A DNA stretch of 64,000 nt from an uncultured Gammaproteobacteria bacterium (GCA_963798595.1 CAWCTM010000010.1:352-64351), one strand, 5' to 3'; shown: positions 1-10,419, counted from the stretch's first letter. Numbers and translations are program-made. Notes: generated by a model not told the origin, from the sequence alone.

Positions 1-1
1 G

Positions 2-784
2 GGGCACAAGAATGATTTCCGAGATGCCCATGCCGTAGCCGAGGCCGTGCAGCGGCCGACGATTCGCTTTGTTCCAGCCAAGACCGACGAGCAACTGGAT
101 CTGCAAGCGCTACACCGGGTCCGGTCTCGCCTGGTCAGCGAGCGGACCGCCGTGATCAATCAGATTCGCGGCTTTCTGTTGGAGCGCGGCATCATCGTCC
201 GACAAGGGCTGCGCTTCCTTCGTCAGGCACTGCCCGACATTCTGGCCAAGCGCACAGACGTTCTCTCACCACGGATGGTACGCATCGTCGCTGATCTTGC
301 CACTGAGTGGCGGCAGCTCGATGAGAGAATTAAACCCGTGACCGATGAGATCGAGACGTTGGCGAAGAGTGATGACGGTTGTCGAAGGGTAATGACCGTG
401 CCGGGCATCGGTCCGATCATCTCGAGTGCGATGGTTGCAGCGATCGGCAGCGGCGCGGCATTCGCCAAAGGGCGGGATTTTTCGGCATGGATCGGGCTCG
501 TCCCCAAGCAGATGTCGACAGGAGATCGAACCATCCTCGGGCGCATCACCAAGCGCGGCAACGGTTACCTACGCACGCTCTTCGTACAAGCTGCCCGGGT
601 CATCCTGTTGCGGCCGGCGAGCTGGCCGAAGCACAGCTTCGGGGTCTGGCTCGCTCGCGCTGCTCAACGCCTGCACCGTAACGTTTTGGCTGCGGCTCTT
701 GCCAACAAGTTGGCGCGGATCGCCTGGACGGTGCTGGCACAAGAGCGCAGCTATGAAGCGCGTATCACGAAAGCAGCAGCCTAA
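2..784 (+). CDS. IS110-family transposase, N-terminus cut off by window edge
   Basis: The frame is open from nt 2. C-terminal IS110/IS116/IS902-type signature MTVPGIGPIISSAMVAAIG...GLVPKQMSTGDRTILGRITKRGNGYLRTLFVQAA. Stop at 782-784. Confidence 0.85.
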   Translation, partial: GHKNDFRDAHAVAEAVQRPTIRFVPAKTDEQLDLQALHRVRSRLVSERTAVINQIRGFLLERGIIVRQGLRFLRQALPDILAKRTDVLSPRMVRIVADLATEWRQLDERIKPVTDEIETLAKSDDGCRRVMTVPGIGPIISSAMVAAIGSGAAFAKGRDFSAWIGLVPKQMSTGDRTILGRITKRGNGYLRTLFVQAARVILLRPASWPKHSFGVWLARAAQRLHRNVLAAALANKLARIAWTVLAQERSYEARITKAAA

Positions 785-1157
785 TGAAAACGCTCAAGTT
801 CACCAAGAAATAGCTGACAGGCTCAAACTGATCCCGAAGTAATAGTTGGCTTTCCAGCCGAGGTCTGCGAGTCGGAAAGAGGAGATGGAGAAAAGGTCTC
901 GCCAGCGCGTTCGTGATCAGGTGGCCCATCTGGCCTTCGGGGCCGAGTCGCGAATGAGATCGAACGCGCGCGGATATCCATGATGGCCAGGAGCTTAAAG
1001 GCTCCATCAATAGGCCGGATACAGAAGCGCAAGACCAACCTTCTCCAAACCATCATTTTCGGCTTGCAACGCGCGGCCGGTCCATACAGATGGGCCATAA
1101 CCGGAAGTGACCTGCGCAGGTCGCTTGATAGCCTCGCGCATGCCGACGAGGTGGCGC

Positions 1158-3557
1158 TTAGTCGAGCTGCGTTGCAGCGGCCCACTCACCATCCTGTTGC
1201 TGTTTTTCGGTCGCCTTATCGGTCGGACTGATCTCCACGGTCACCTTGTTCAATTTGCCGGTGAACTTGAATGGTACGTGGTAGTCTTCGCTAACCGGAG
1301 TTCCGGTATCCTCACCAATATCCAAGGTTTCATCGAGGGAGACGCGGAAAGGAATAGTGCGCGCAATCTTGCCCTCGGTCGCTTTCTTGCTATCGATCAA
1401 TAAGGTTGCCGTGGTACTTTTGCCGACGCCAGGACCGTCATACTTGGAGTCGAGCACGATCGTGTGCTTACCGGCCGACAGCTTGTCCCCGCCGGCAATC
1501 GTCGTGCGCTCGACCCCGGCAAGGTTGTAGTAGAAGACCGGCTTGCCGGCGAGCAGGTAGAGACCCCATCCATTAAATCGCCCGCCCTGCGTGATCAACA
1601 TCCCCTCGGCTCCAACGTCAGGGACCTCAACGTCGGCGGTGATGCGGAAGGATTTGTTTTTGAGGTCCGGCGCACTACCTTCAGGAATGCGAACCATCCC
1701 AGGAAAATAGACGAACTCCGATCGTCCTGCTGTTAAGCTGGGACGAAGGTTCACATCGAGCCGCTCCACCTTGCTGTTGTCGATCGGCAGCACATTGTGT
1801 TTCGCGGCTTCTATCCAAAACAGGTTTTGCATCTCGCGGAGCTTTGCGGGCTCTTTGTCGGCGAGATTGACAGCTTCGCTGAAGTCGTTCGCGACATTGT
1901 ACAGCTCCCACTTGTAATCATTTACCGGCGGCAGCGTTCCACTCACAACCCACGGTGCGACGGCCGGAGTGGTGGCGGCAACCCAACCGTCATTGTAAAT
2001 GGCGCGATTTCCCAGCATCTCGAAATACTGCGTGCGATGCCTCGACGGCGTCTTGGCGTCATCGAAAGTGTAGACCATGCTTGTGCCCTCAACCGGCTTC
2101 TGCGGCACGCCGTTGAGCAAAGCAGGTGCCTGGACGCCGACCGCTTCGAGGATTGTCGGCGCGATGTCGATCACGTGGTGAAACTGTGCGCGAATACCGC
2201 CCTTGTCTTTGATGCGCGCGGGCCAGGAAATGACCAGATCGTTGCGCGTGCCACCGAAATGCGAGGCAATCTGTTTGGTCCACTGGAACGGCGTATCCAT
2301 GGCGTGCGCCCAGCCGATTGGGTAGTGGTTGTAGGTCATCGGCCCGCCGAGTTCGTCCATGCGGCGGAGCAACTCGCTGAAGTTTTCCGGGACGGCGTTG
2401 GCAATGGACATTTCATTGAGCAGGCCTTGAGCGGTGCCCTCAGCGCTGGCGCCATTGTCCCCTTGAATGTAAATCACGAGGGTGTTGTCGAGCTCACCCA
2501 AGTCCTGGATTGCATCTAGGATGCGGCCCATTTGGTCATCGACGTAGGACAATGCCGCCGCGTAGACCTCCATCATGTGGGCCGCGACCTTTTTGTGGTC
2601 GGCATCGAGCGAGTCCCATGAAGGGATGCCAACCGAACGCTCTGTCAACTTGGTGTCTTGCGGAACGATGCCCATGGCCTTCTGACGCGCGAGAATTTCT
2701 TCACGCATCTTGTCCCAGCCCATATCGAACTTGCCCTTGAACTTCGCGATCCATTCCTTTGGCGCGTGGTGTGGCGCGTGGGCTGTACCTGGAGCGTAAT
2801 AGGCCAACCACGGTTTCTGTGGAGCGACCGCATGCAGCATTTGGATGCGCGCGATGGCATGGTCTGCCATATCCCGCTCGAAGAAATATTGCGGATCGTC
2901 GTGCGGCGGCTCGATCGGGGTCGTGTTCTCGTAGAGGGCCGGCGCCCACTGGTTGGTATCGCCACCGAGGAAGCCGTAAAAGTATTCAAAGCCCAAACCG
3001 GTAGGCCAGAGGTCGAACGGTCCGGCTTGGCTGCTATGCCAGTCGGGGACGTTATGGTTTTTGCCGTACCACGCAGTGTTGTAGCCGTCCTGCTTGAGCA
3101 CCTCCGCGAACGTGCCGTTGCTCTTCGGCATCAGCGAGTTATATCCTGGAAATCCTGTTGCAAGTTCCATGATAACGCCGGTCGCCACGGAATGATGGTT
3201 GCGTCCCGTGAGCAGCGCCGCGCGCGTTGGGGAGCAAAGTGCGGTGGTGTGAAACTGCGTGTAGCGCAAGCCATTCTGCGCGAGGCGTTCCAAGGTCGGC
3301 GTCGCAATCGGGCCGCCAAACGGGCTTGATGCGGCGAAGCCTACATCGTCGGTGAGGATGAGCAGGATGTTCGGCGCGCCTTTCGGTGCGTTGACTTCCC
3401 TTGGAAAATCAAGAGTTGAGTCTTCGACGGTGGTCCCAACATGCCCCTTAAAGGGCTGAGCAGGCCTTGGCAGCATGTCCTGTGCTGCAGCCGATCCCAA
3501 GAATACCGCGGTTAGCGCGGAGATAGTCGCGAGGAGAATGGTTTTGTTCCCGGTCAT
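1158..3557 (-). CDS. arylsulfatase (type I sulfatase), secreted
   Basis: 811-aa ORF with sulfatase signature LCSPTRAALLTGRNHH (C-x-P-x-R formylglycine motif). Start preferred at the internal ATG at 3557 (MTGNKTILLATISALTAVFLGSAAAQD signal peptide), preceded by GAGGAAGAG. Confidence 0.9.
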   Translation of the reverse strand: MTGNKTILLATISALTAVFLGSAAAQDMLPRPAQPFKGHVGTTVEDSTLDFPREVNAPKGAPNILLILTDDVGFAASSPFGGPIATPTLERLAQNGLRYTQFHTTALCSPTRAALLTGRNHHSVATGVIMELATGFPGYNSLMPKSNGTFAEVLKQDGYNTAWYGKNHNVPDWHSSQAGPFDLWPTGLGFEYFYGFLGGDTNQWAPALYENTTPIEPPHDDPQYFFERDMADHAIARIQMLHAVAPQKPWLAYYAPGTAHAPHHAPKEWIAKFKGKFDMGWDKMREEILARQKAMGIVPQDTKLTERSVGIPSWDSLDADHKKVAAHMMEVYAAALSYVDDQMGRILDAIQDLGELDNTLVIYIQGDNGASAEGTAQGLLNEMSIANAVPENFSELLRRMDELGGPMTYNHYPIGWAHAMDTPFQWTKQIASHFGGTRNDLVISWPARIKDKGGIRAQFHHVIDIAPTILEAVGVQAPALLNGVPQKPVEGTSMVYTFDDAKTPSRHRTQYFEMLGNRAIYNDGWVAATTPAVAPWVVSGTLPPVNDYKWELYNVANDFSEAVNLADKEPAKLREMQNLFWIEAAKHNVLPIDNSKVERLDVNLRPSLTAGRSEFVYFPGMVRIPEGSAPDLKNKSFRITADVEVPDVGAEGMLITQGGRFNGWGLYLLAGKPVFYYNLAGVERTTIAGGDKLSAGKHTIVLDSKYDGPGVGKSTTATLLIDSKKATEGKIARTIPFRVSLDETLDIGEDTGTPVSEDYHVPFKFTGKLNKVTVEISPTDKATEKQQQDGEWAAATQLD

Positions 3558-4046
3558 TATTTTCTCTTCCTCTAGCTCGAAGGGGGAGGCCATGCTCTGA
3601 GGTAATTACGACAAACGGTACCACGCCCACGTTACCCGGTCTGTGACGGATTACACCCTCAGACGGTGGCCAAAATGCAGTCCTGCGAATGCCTTTCGCA
3701 TGTCTCTGCAAAGGGTCCATACGCGACCGAGCGGCGCGCTGGTTGAATGTCCGCTTTTGTCAGTAGCGGACATCGAACGGGTCGGCCAATCATCCGGTTT
3801 TACAGCGCGGCAAAATGCCTTTAACGACCGTGGACACGCTTAATGCCGTTTGACAATCTAAGTTATTGTAATCGCTCCGTCGTGGCAGCGCATCAACTCC
3901 TCGATCAATTGCTGGTGGATCGCTCCGTCTTGACGACTAGTCAGTTGTGCGACCGTCTTCGCGACGGCGACAATCACTTCATCAGCCCCACCGTTATCGA
4001 GTTTGTCTGAACCACTTGGTGCAACAGCCCCGCGAATGCCCTTTCA

Positions 4047-4500
4047 TCATGCCAACTCGCCGAGCAGCGCCTTCGCTTCCTTCAGATCGCGCGTGTCGAA
4101 ACCTTCGGTGATGCGGTGCCCAACCATGAGCGGTATGGCCGCCCTCTGCTTCTCGGCGAGGGCCAGAAACTGCGCGGCAAGGTCGCGCACCACATCGCCG
4201 TTGAACGCTACAGCGTTCGCGACCCAAAATCCGTAGAGCACCGAAAACAGCAACAGCGGGTCTTCGGGAGGCTCGCCGAGCGTTTCAGTCTGTTCGATGA
4301 GCAAACGTGCCCGTTCCACCACCGCTTTTGTTTCCGGCGCGCCGTATCCTTTGATATGCATCAATGGGGTAATGAGCGCGACCTGCAGCTTGTTCTGCTC
4401 GCGACGCAGTGCCGGCGTGGCGGGCAATGTTGCGATCAAGTCGAGACCTTGCGTAAACTGAGCTATCGCTTCAACCAGAGCAGAGCGCTCCAGTGACCGC
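4047..4500 (-). pseudogene. C-terminal remnant of an adenylate-cyclase/ATPase/TPR-type regulator
   Basis: Only TPR-tail sequence is present (...LPATPALRREQNKLQVALITPLMHIKGYGAPE...LYGFWVANA...). It jumps directly to the family C-terminus ITEGFDTRDLKEAKALLGELA, so it is internally deleted and lacks cyclase and ATPase parts. Same family end as 61230-61739. Confidence 0.5.
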
Positions 4501-4567
4501 TGTCCGGCCAGGAACGGACATCACCGGATTTGGTAATCGTGCTAATGTACAGCTACGGGAGGCTGTC

Positions 4568-5530
4568 ATGGCGGAGACCAGAAACTCGTGGCAATTTTGG
4601 TATCGGATGTCGTCGGATACAGCCGGCTTGCCGGCTCTGATGAGGATCGGATACTTGCGCGGCTGCGGGCGCTGCGAAGCGATCTGATCGATCCCACCGT
4701 CGCCGTGCATAACGGGCGTGTGGTGAAGCGGACCGGCGACGGAAGTCTCATTGAGTTCCGCAGCGTGGTCGATGCCGTGCGCTGCGCCGTCGCATAACGG
4801 ATTGATTGAGCGCAACGCGGGCCTTCCGTCCGAGCGCCGCATTGAGTTTCGCGTCGGCATTCATCTCGGCGACGTGGTCGAGGAGAGCGACGGCGACCTG
4901 ATGGGCGATGGCGTCAACATCGCCGCGCGGTTGGAAGGCATCGCTAAGCCGGGCGCGATCTGTCTTTCCGAAGATGCCTACCGGCAAGTGAAGGCGCGCC
5001 TCGATCTCACCGTTACTGATCTGGGCCCGACCTCACTTAAGAACAAAGCCTCGCGTGCCGCCATGGGTGGCCGCCACGACCGCCGAGCCAATCCGGGTCT
5101 ATTCACTCGAAATTGGCAAACCCGCCCCGGTGAAGCAGGCTGATGGTGTTAGGTCGTCGTCACCCTCAGCGGAGCTTCGTCTATCCATCGTTGTTCTCCC
5201 GTTCGCTAACCTTGGCGGTGACCCGGAGCAGGAGCACTTTGTTGACGGTGTAACTGAGAGCCTAACCACTGACTTGTCCCGCCTGTCGGGTGCGACAGTG
5301 ATCGCGCGCAACACTGCCTTCACCTACAAGGGCAAGCACATCGACGTGAAACAGATCGGGCGCCATCTCAATATCCGGTATGTACCTTGAAGGTAGCGTC
5401 CAACGTGGCAGCGATCGGCTTCGCGTCAACGTGCAGCTTATTGATGCTGAAACTGGTGTTCATCTTTGGGCCGAACGCTTCGACAAGCCCGTTGCTGATC
5501 TACTCGACTGCAGGATGAGATCGTCGCACC
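4568..5530 (+). pseudogene. class III adenylate/guanylate cyclase with TolB-like/TPR extension, multiply frameshifted
   Basis: Cyclase-domain pieces lie in successive frames. These are ILVSDVVGYSRLAGSDEDRILARLRALRSDLIDP...GDGSLIEFRSVVDAVRCAV (4588-4797), ERRIEFRVGIHLGDVVEESDGDLMGDGVNIAARLEGIAKPGAICLSEDAY (4751-), PIRVYSLE...LSIVVLPFANLGGDPEQEHFVDGVTESLTTDLSRL (5055-) and LEGSVQRGSDRLRVNVQLIDAETGVHLWAERFDKP (5380-). Homology is lost after about 5530. Confidence 0.75.
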
Positions 5531-5866
5531 TCATATTTCACCCAAAGAGACCTATCGATGTCTCGGGTCGGCGGCCCTGTCGAAGCTTCAGGAGTGGCTG
5601 CATCCCGGCCCGTCACTCTCGCGGCCGATCGGCATGGTGGGTTCAGTTCCGGTGCGAATCATTCTTTTCAATCGCATCGTCCAATCGATGCGGGTCTATG
5701 TTACCGGCCGGTCGCGTGCCTGTCCCTCTCGCGGCGATTGGCGCATCGACCGCGCCGGATCTCGGACAGCCGCTGAATCGAGCAGCAAGAACTCGCCGGC
5801 AAACCCGCGCCATTTGGCGAAGTTCCGGGCTAGTCGACGACTGCAATCAAAAGGAGCGCGTCACAC

Positions 5867-5918
5867 CGTCAGGCTCATAACCTGAAGGTCGTAGGTTCAA
5901 ATCCTACCCCCGCAACCA
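5867..5918 (+). tRNA. tRNA-Met (anticodon CAU) 3' fragment only; not a functional tRNA
   Basis: Anticodon stem TCAGG/CCTGA with loop CTCATAA (5869-5885). T-arm GTAGG-TTCAAAT-CCTAC (5891-5907). 3' acceptor CCCCGCA plus ACCA (5908-5918). Upstream sequence has no matching 5' acceptor (TGCGGGG) or D-arm. Confidence 0.7.
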
Positions 5919-6343
5919 AGCTAACCATCTAAAGCACAATAACCTTTCGCAGCCCGTTGTTAGGAGTGAGCTGGGTATTAATGGTGCGAGTCGCCACATT
6001 GTCGCCACCGGATCAAATTTCAATTTTTCGCCTTAGTTCATTTCAATGTCGATGCGACGCGGTCTAACGCACTTCTTATGCTCGGATGCGTGAGCATGCT
6101 GAAGGTCGCATGTTCTTACGCATTTGGATGCAAAGCCGACGTGCTCCAGTAATTCGCAGATGGACACCGCCCGCTGCAAAGAAGGTGGCTTGACGAGACG
6201 TTAGGTGCCTGCCGAATGCGGCAGCTTGGCCTTTTCAGAAGTGCAGTAACTTTGGTTGCTTGGTGGCCGCTGTCGTAAAGCGGACATCCAACGAGACTGA
6301 AGCGACTTCACCCTTATCGGCCGTATCGGCGCCAAGCAGTAAT

Positions 6344-6712
6344 CTACTCGGCAACGCGCCTTAAATTCCGATATACCTTAGCCGCGATTGCACGCCCTTT
6401 GTCCGTCAAAAATACCGCCGTTCTCACTGGCGAGTTAGGAATTCGCTTTATGGTGACCAGTCCGAGGCCGGCTCCACCGTTTCGGCCACGGTCGCCGATA
6501 CAGCGCATATACCGGCTCATAAGGAAACGATTGATATTCATTTCTCGCGCGTAGGCCCCGACGGGTTTGCCGTCCGCCAGGGCCACCGTGAGAAACGTCC
6601 GTACATAAGGAAATGGGATCGAGCCGCGCAAATCGATCAGCGGCTTAATCCCCCACAACAGCGCCTGGATAGCCCTCTTGTGGCCCGGTGCTATCAAGCC
6701 GTTCCGAACCAT
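6344..6712 (-). CDS. small winged-helix (MarR-like) DNA-binding protein, function unknown
   Basis: 122-aa ORF immediately downstream of an Omp25-like gene. A decayed paralogue sits in the same omp-adjacent position at 45492-45886. The fold call is by eye only. Confidence 0.5.
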   Translation of the reverse strand: MVRNGLIAPGHKRAIQALLWGIKPLIDLRGSIPFPYVRTFLTVALADGKPVGAYAREMNINRFLMSRYMRCIGDRGRNGGAGLGLVTIKRIPNSPVRTAVFLTDKGRAIAAKVYRNLRRVAE

Positions 6713-6755
6713 CGCCCCCCGAGAGGGTTGAGTTCTAGGTGCCTTGGGAATTAAC

Positions 6756-7514
6756 TCACCAGCCGCCGAATCTGTAGTTCAGACCGAGCGTCACAAGGTT
6801 ATACGTCCGGTTATTGGACGAAATGGTGTCGCTGGCGAAGGGCGCCGGCGCCCCTGCCGCAACCGTATAGCTCACGGTGTTCATGCGCACGTAGTCATAC
6901 TGCACCCGCGCCGACCATGGCCCCGAGAATGCCCATTCGAGACCGGCGCCGACATTCCAGCCGGTGTTGGTAGATGAGGTACCGGTAAGGCCGAACGGCA
7001 CGCCCGCGATGGTAACACCGGAGTTGCTTGTGCCAATGAATGCACCGCCGCCCTTAGCGTAAAGCAGTACGCGATCCCACGCATACCCGAGGCGGGCGTC
7101 GGCAAGCGTCAGCCAGCGATTATTAACTGACACAGTTGCCGTAGTTCCTCCCGGCGCTGTTGCTGTAAGGGTGTTCGAAGCGTTCGGAAGCCAATCGAAG
7201 TCGGCTTCGGCGCCAATTACAACACCGCCCCCAAACTCCCAGTTGAAACCGACCTGGCCGCCGCCGAGAAATGAATTTTGGGTGGTGCTGGCGAAAGTGC
7301 TTCCGATCGAATCTGAAACGCCGCTGACGCCGCCAAAGCCCCAACCAAGATTAGGGCCGAGATAGAAGCCAGTCCAATTGTAGAACGACGGAGGTGGCGC
7401 CGGAATGTAAGCCGCCGGCGCTCTCGGTGGCGGAGGCGCAGGCGGAAGATCGGCCGCCAGCGCAGCGGAGCCCGCAACAAAACCGAGCGCAATGGCAACA
7501 ATCAATCGTTTCAT
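6756..7514 (-). CDS. Omp25/Omp31-family outer-membrane beta-barrel protein
   Basis: Signal peptide MKRLIVAIALGFVAGSAALAADL, a proline-rich linker, then YNWTGFYLGPNLGWGFG...GAEADFDW...RLGYAWDRVLLYAKGGGAF...GAGLEWAF...RVQYDYV...LGLNYRFGGW. ATG at 7514 is preferred over the upstream TTG. Confidence 0.85.
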   Translation of the reverse strand: MKRLIVAIALGFVAGSAALAADLPPAPPPPRAPAAYIPAPPPSFYNWTGFYLGPNLGWGFGGVSGVSDSIGSTFASTTQNSFLGGGQVGFNWEFGGGVVIGAEADFDWLPNASNTLTATAPGGTTATVSVNNRWLTLADARLGYAWDRVLLYAKGGGAFIGTSNSGVTIAGVPFGLTGTSSTNTGWNVGAGLEWAFSGPWSARVQYDYVRMNTVSYTVAAGAPAPFASDTISSNNRTYNLVTLGLNYRFGGW

Positions 7515-7854
7515 GCAAAACCCCAATAAATTCTATTGAACATAACGGAAGTTCAGTCAGAATACTGTCACTGCGGAGCAACGTGGGCTAGAACAAATGT
7601 GTCCAAAATCTGGCAAAAGCAGCGAGGTTGACGCAGCGGGCGCCAACCAAACTGGTCGGCGTATAATGCCCACGCTGTATAGATTTGGAAGCTTCGCGCC
7701 GGCTCCGATTGCGCAACGTCGTCAGGTGCTAGGGCACAGACGGCTGGGGGCAGAACAAATTCCAAAAATCAAGATGAAGTACCGTGTTTACATCCCAGAT
7801 ACCGCTCCTTGAGGCCGGGGTACATTTGGGGAATTTTTGGTCTGGACTACGGCA

Positions 7855-7889
7855 CGAAAAAAGCCGGGCGTGATAACCCCGGCTTTTCA
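7855..7889 (-). terminator. intrinsic terminator downstream of 7981-8505
   Basis: Hairpin AGCCGGG (7862-7868) / CCCGGCT (7878-7884), flanked by an A-run on the plus strand, which is a U-run on the minus-strand transcript. Confidence 0.55.
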
Positions 7890-7980
7890 TCGAACGCGCG
7901 GGTGACGCGCCAACGCGGATCAGCTAGTTACGCCCTCCCAGTTTGAGGAAATCGACGCGCGTAGTCACGTCGCGTGGCGC

Positions 7981-8505
7981 TTATTGAGGTTTTTTCTCCT
8001 GGCCAAGGAAAGCCCTGCCTAAACGTTCTAGTTCCTGCATATAACAATATAGCGCGAACAAACCTAAAAGGGTGAGAACGTACCGAGACACTGGAAGATG
8101 GAATCCGGGCTTTTCCGCAATAAATAGGAAACCGAAAACGGAGGTCGCGAATACGAAACTCATGCGAGCCAGGAACATTGTAACTTGGCCGAGCAGCACG
8201 TTTGCAAACCGCGGCGGCGGTGGACGAACTCGATTGGAGATCCAATATCCCATTTGCATCAAAGCGATCGACGAAAGCGACCAGAGCAAATTCTCACTTC
8301 GCGCCACGTGCGATGCCGGGTCAGCGAGAATTTGTCTGTAAAGAGGAATAGCATTCCATAAGAGGATGACTACTCCGATGGTTTGCATCCCGAACAGAGC
8401 TGGATATCGCCAGCGACCATCGGTGCTTTGCGCTGGCGCGGAGCGCGAGGAGTTTGAATGACGTGGGTTGATCATGCGCGTCGAAGTTGGCAACGATATG
8501 AGCAA
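7981..8505 (-). CDS. integral membrane protein, unknown function
   Basis: 174-aa ORF with about four hydrophobic segments, followed by a terminator hairpin. Confidence 0.5.
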   Translation of the reverse strand: MLISLPTSTRMINPRHSNSSRSAPAQSTDGRWRYPALFGMQTIGVVILLWNAIPLYRQILADPASHVARSENLLWSLSSIALMQMGYWISNRVRPPPPRFANVLLGQVTMFLARMSFVFATSVFGFLFIAEKPGFHLPVSRYVLTLLGLFALYCYMQELERLGRAFLGQEKKPQ

Positions 8506-8740
8506 CGGTCGCGCATCAGCATCTGCGGAAAATGGCCAGATTAGCGCTGACTAATGATGACGCCCGGTGCAATCACATTACAGCAACGACACCACGCCGC
8601 TACCGGCAGCCATGGTATGGAAACTGGGCCGAGTGTAGTGTAGGGCGGCCGTCGCTGCGATAGGAGCCCGAAGTATCTTTCCCGCAGCGGTTAGCCGCAC
8701 TGCTCTTTGTCGCACCGGTTCGCGAGAGCGTCGTTTTTGA

Positions 8741-9634
8741 ATGAGCGCCGAGCGACAACGTTCCAGTCCGCATTTCGTCGTTGCGTTTTCCATCGCATGG
8801 TCGGCCGTGATCTCCTGCTCCACTCCTGTCAGCGGGGCGACGCCTGCGCCGTCCTCCAATCAAGACCCGCAGGCGCAACAGTCTAATCCGGATCAGCAAG
8901 ACCCGGATTACAACGGTGAGGATTTTACGCGTCCGCAGCGGAGCGTCGAAACCCGCATCCTTTACGAAACGTCCTCAGGCACGAGCGGCCAAACGGATCG
9001 AGAAACCTGGCTGCTGCGAGCCAATTGGAAGTCCGACCTTAGCGCGGGTTGGACGCTGGGGCTTCTCGGCCAGGTTCCCATCGTCGACAAGACCACCTTC
9101 AGCCCGACGGGCCCCGATCAACAACTCGGCGTTGGCGACGCGGCGTTCCAGGGCGCTCTCAGCCACGCTATCGATGAACACTGGGCCTTCGGTTTCGGTG
9201 CTCGCTTGGTCGCCCCTACGGCCGAGGATTCACTGGGAAGCGGCAAGTGGCAGATCATGCCGGGCGTTGGCGTGCGCTATTCCTTCCTCGAGATCGGGCC
9301 CGATACTTATTTCATACCTGTAGTCCGCTACGCGGTCAGCTTCGCTGGCGATCCTTCAAGGCGGAATATCAGCGAACCGCAGATCGCCCCAACACTGAAC
9401 CTAGGTCTACCGGACCATTGGTTCGTGAACTTTTATCCGAGTAACGATATCCGCATCAACTTCGGGGACCCGATTTCCGGTCAGACCGGCCGTCTCTTCC
9501 TCCCGCTCGACGTGTCAGTCGGTCGAAAAATCGCGGATAGCTGGATCATTTCGCTGGAGCTTGGTGTGCCTATCGTCGATGATTACCCGGTTTACAAATT
9601 CAAAACCGAGTTGCGGATAGTCAAGCAGTTCTAA
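8741..9634 (+). CDS. secreted / putative outer-membrane beta-barrel protein, unknown function
   Basis: 297-aa ORF with an N-terminal hydrophobic leader, alternating beta-strand-like pattern and a C-terminal aromatic residue (...TELRIVKQF). Confidence 0.55.
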   Translation: MSAERQRSSPHFVVAFSIAWSAVISCSTPVSGATPAPSSNQDPQAQQSNPDQQDPDYNGEDFTRPQRSVETRILYETSSGTSGQTDRETWLLRANWKSDLSAGWTLGLLGQVPIVDKTTFSPTGPDQQLGVGDAAFQGALSHAIDEHWAFGFGARLVAPTAEDSLGSGKWQIMPGVGVRYSFLEIGPDTYFIPVVRYAVSFAGDPSRRNISEPQIAPTLNLGLPDHWFVNFYPSNDIRINFGDPISGQTGRLFLPLDVSVGRKIADSWIISLELGVPIVDDYPVYKFKTELRIVKQF

Positions 9635-9696
9635 GCATCGGCGGGATAGAAAGGGGAACGTGACCAATTTGAACAACCCCAGGCAAGTCACAATGT

Positions 9697-10007
9697 TCAG
9701 AATGCCGCCTTTTTAATAGCATTCATCAGATTTTCGTTCTTGCGGCGTTTGCAATATTTCTCGACCAGCTTTTTGTTAGTAGCAAATCTCGATAGGTCGA
9801 CAATCGGCTGGTTTCGCGACGCATTGAAGTAGCCACTCATCCATGCCGCAATCAATTCCTGCCTTTCCGGAGATGCTTTCATGTAGTCCACGCACTTCAG
9901 CAGGGACATATCGAGCAGGACCTGAGCGCTTGCAGGCCCATAGGCTCCGGCGAGCAAAAAGGCGGCGCCGATCACTACCCTGCGAAACCCGATTTTTCTA
10001 TGGTCAT
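9697..10007 (-). CDS. HdeA/HdeB-like periplasmic protein, start codon unresolved (possible frameshift)
   Basis: Mature part ...AFLLAGAYGPASAQVLLDMSLLKCVDYMKASPERQELIAAWMSGYFNASRN... is paralogous to 10017-10325, 57684-57974 and 58004-58303. The only ATG (10007) lies one nt out of frame across an A5 run (plus-strand T5 at 9994-9998). Confidence 0.5.
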
Positions 10008-10016
10008 GGCGCTCAC

Positions 10017-10325
10017 CTACTTTGCCGTAGCGCGTTGAAGGCTTGTCATAAGCAACTCCTTCGGGTTCGATGCGTACCACGCTTTCACATTTTCTACGTT
10101 TCTCGCGTATGCTGGTAAGTTTATATACGTGTATCCGCTCTTTTGATTGAACCACCCGCTCATCCACGCGGAAAAAATGCGAGACTGATCGGGTGGCAAA
10201 GCGAGATATTGCGAACATGTGACCAGCGACATGTTGATCATGTATTGCGCCTGAGAAACGGAGGGAACAAAGATTCCGACGGAAGCTAAGCAGCAGGCGA
10301 ACGTTCCAATTCGAAGTGTGTACAT
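10017..10325 (-). CDS. HdeA/HdeB-like periplasmic protein
   Basis: 102 aa with a signal peptide, then INMSLVTCSQYLALPPDQSRIFSAWMSGWFNQKSGYTYINL. It is one of four paralogues in the window. Confidence 0.7.
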   Translation of the reverse strand: MYTLRIGTFACCLASVGIFVPSVSQAQYMINMSLVTCSQYLALPPDQSRIFSAWMSGWFNQKSGYTYINLPAYARNVENVKAWYASNPKELLMTSLQRATAK

Positions 10326-10419
10326 ATCCCTACAACCTTGTTGGTGTGGCCAAACGCGACATCAAAGGCGACGAATTCAAAGCTGAGCTTCGGATCGCTG
10401 AGCAATTCTAATCGTCGGT

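Noticed and set aside
1797-2519. 240-aa plus-strand ORF, and several others opposite the 1158-3557 sulfatase.
   Set aside because: It is antisense to a strongly supported gene. This is typical GC-rich shadow-ORF composition with no motifs.
5842-5918. Complete tRNA-Met gene.
   Set aside because: The 5' acceptor strand and D-arm are absent. The upstream sequence (TGCAATCAAAAGGAGCGCGTCACACC) cannot pair with CCCCGCA.
7527-7620. ATTGAAC-N9-GTTCAGT upstream of the omp gene at 7514 as a copy of the 18-bp palindrome.
   Set aside because: The spacing is wrong and both arms differ from the consensus. It does not count as an occurrence.
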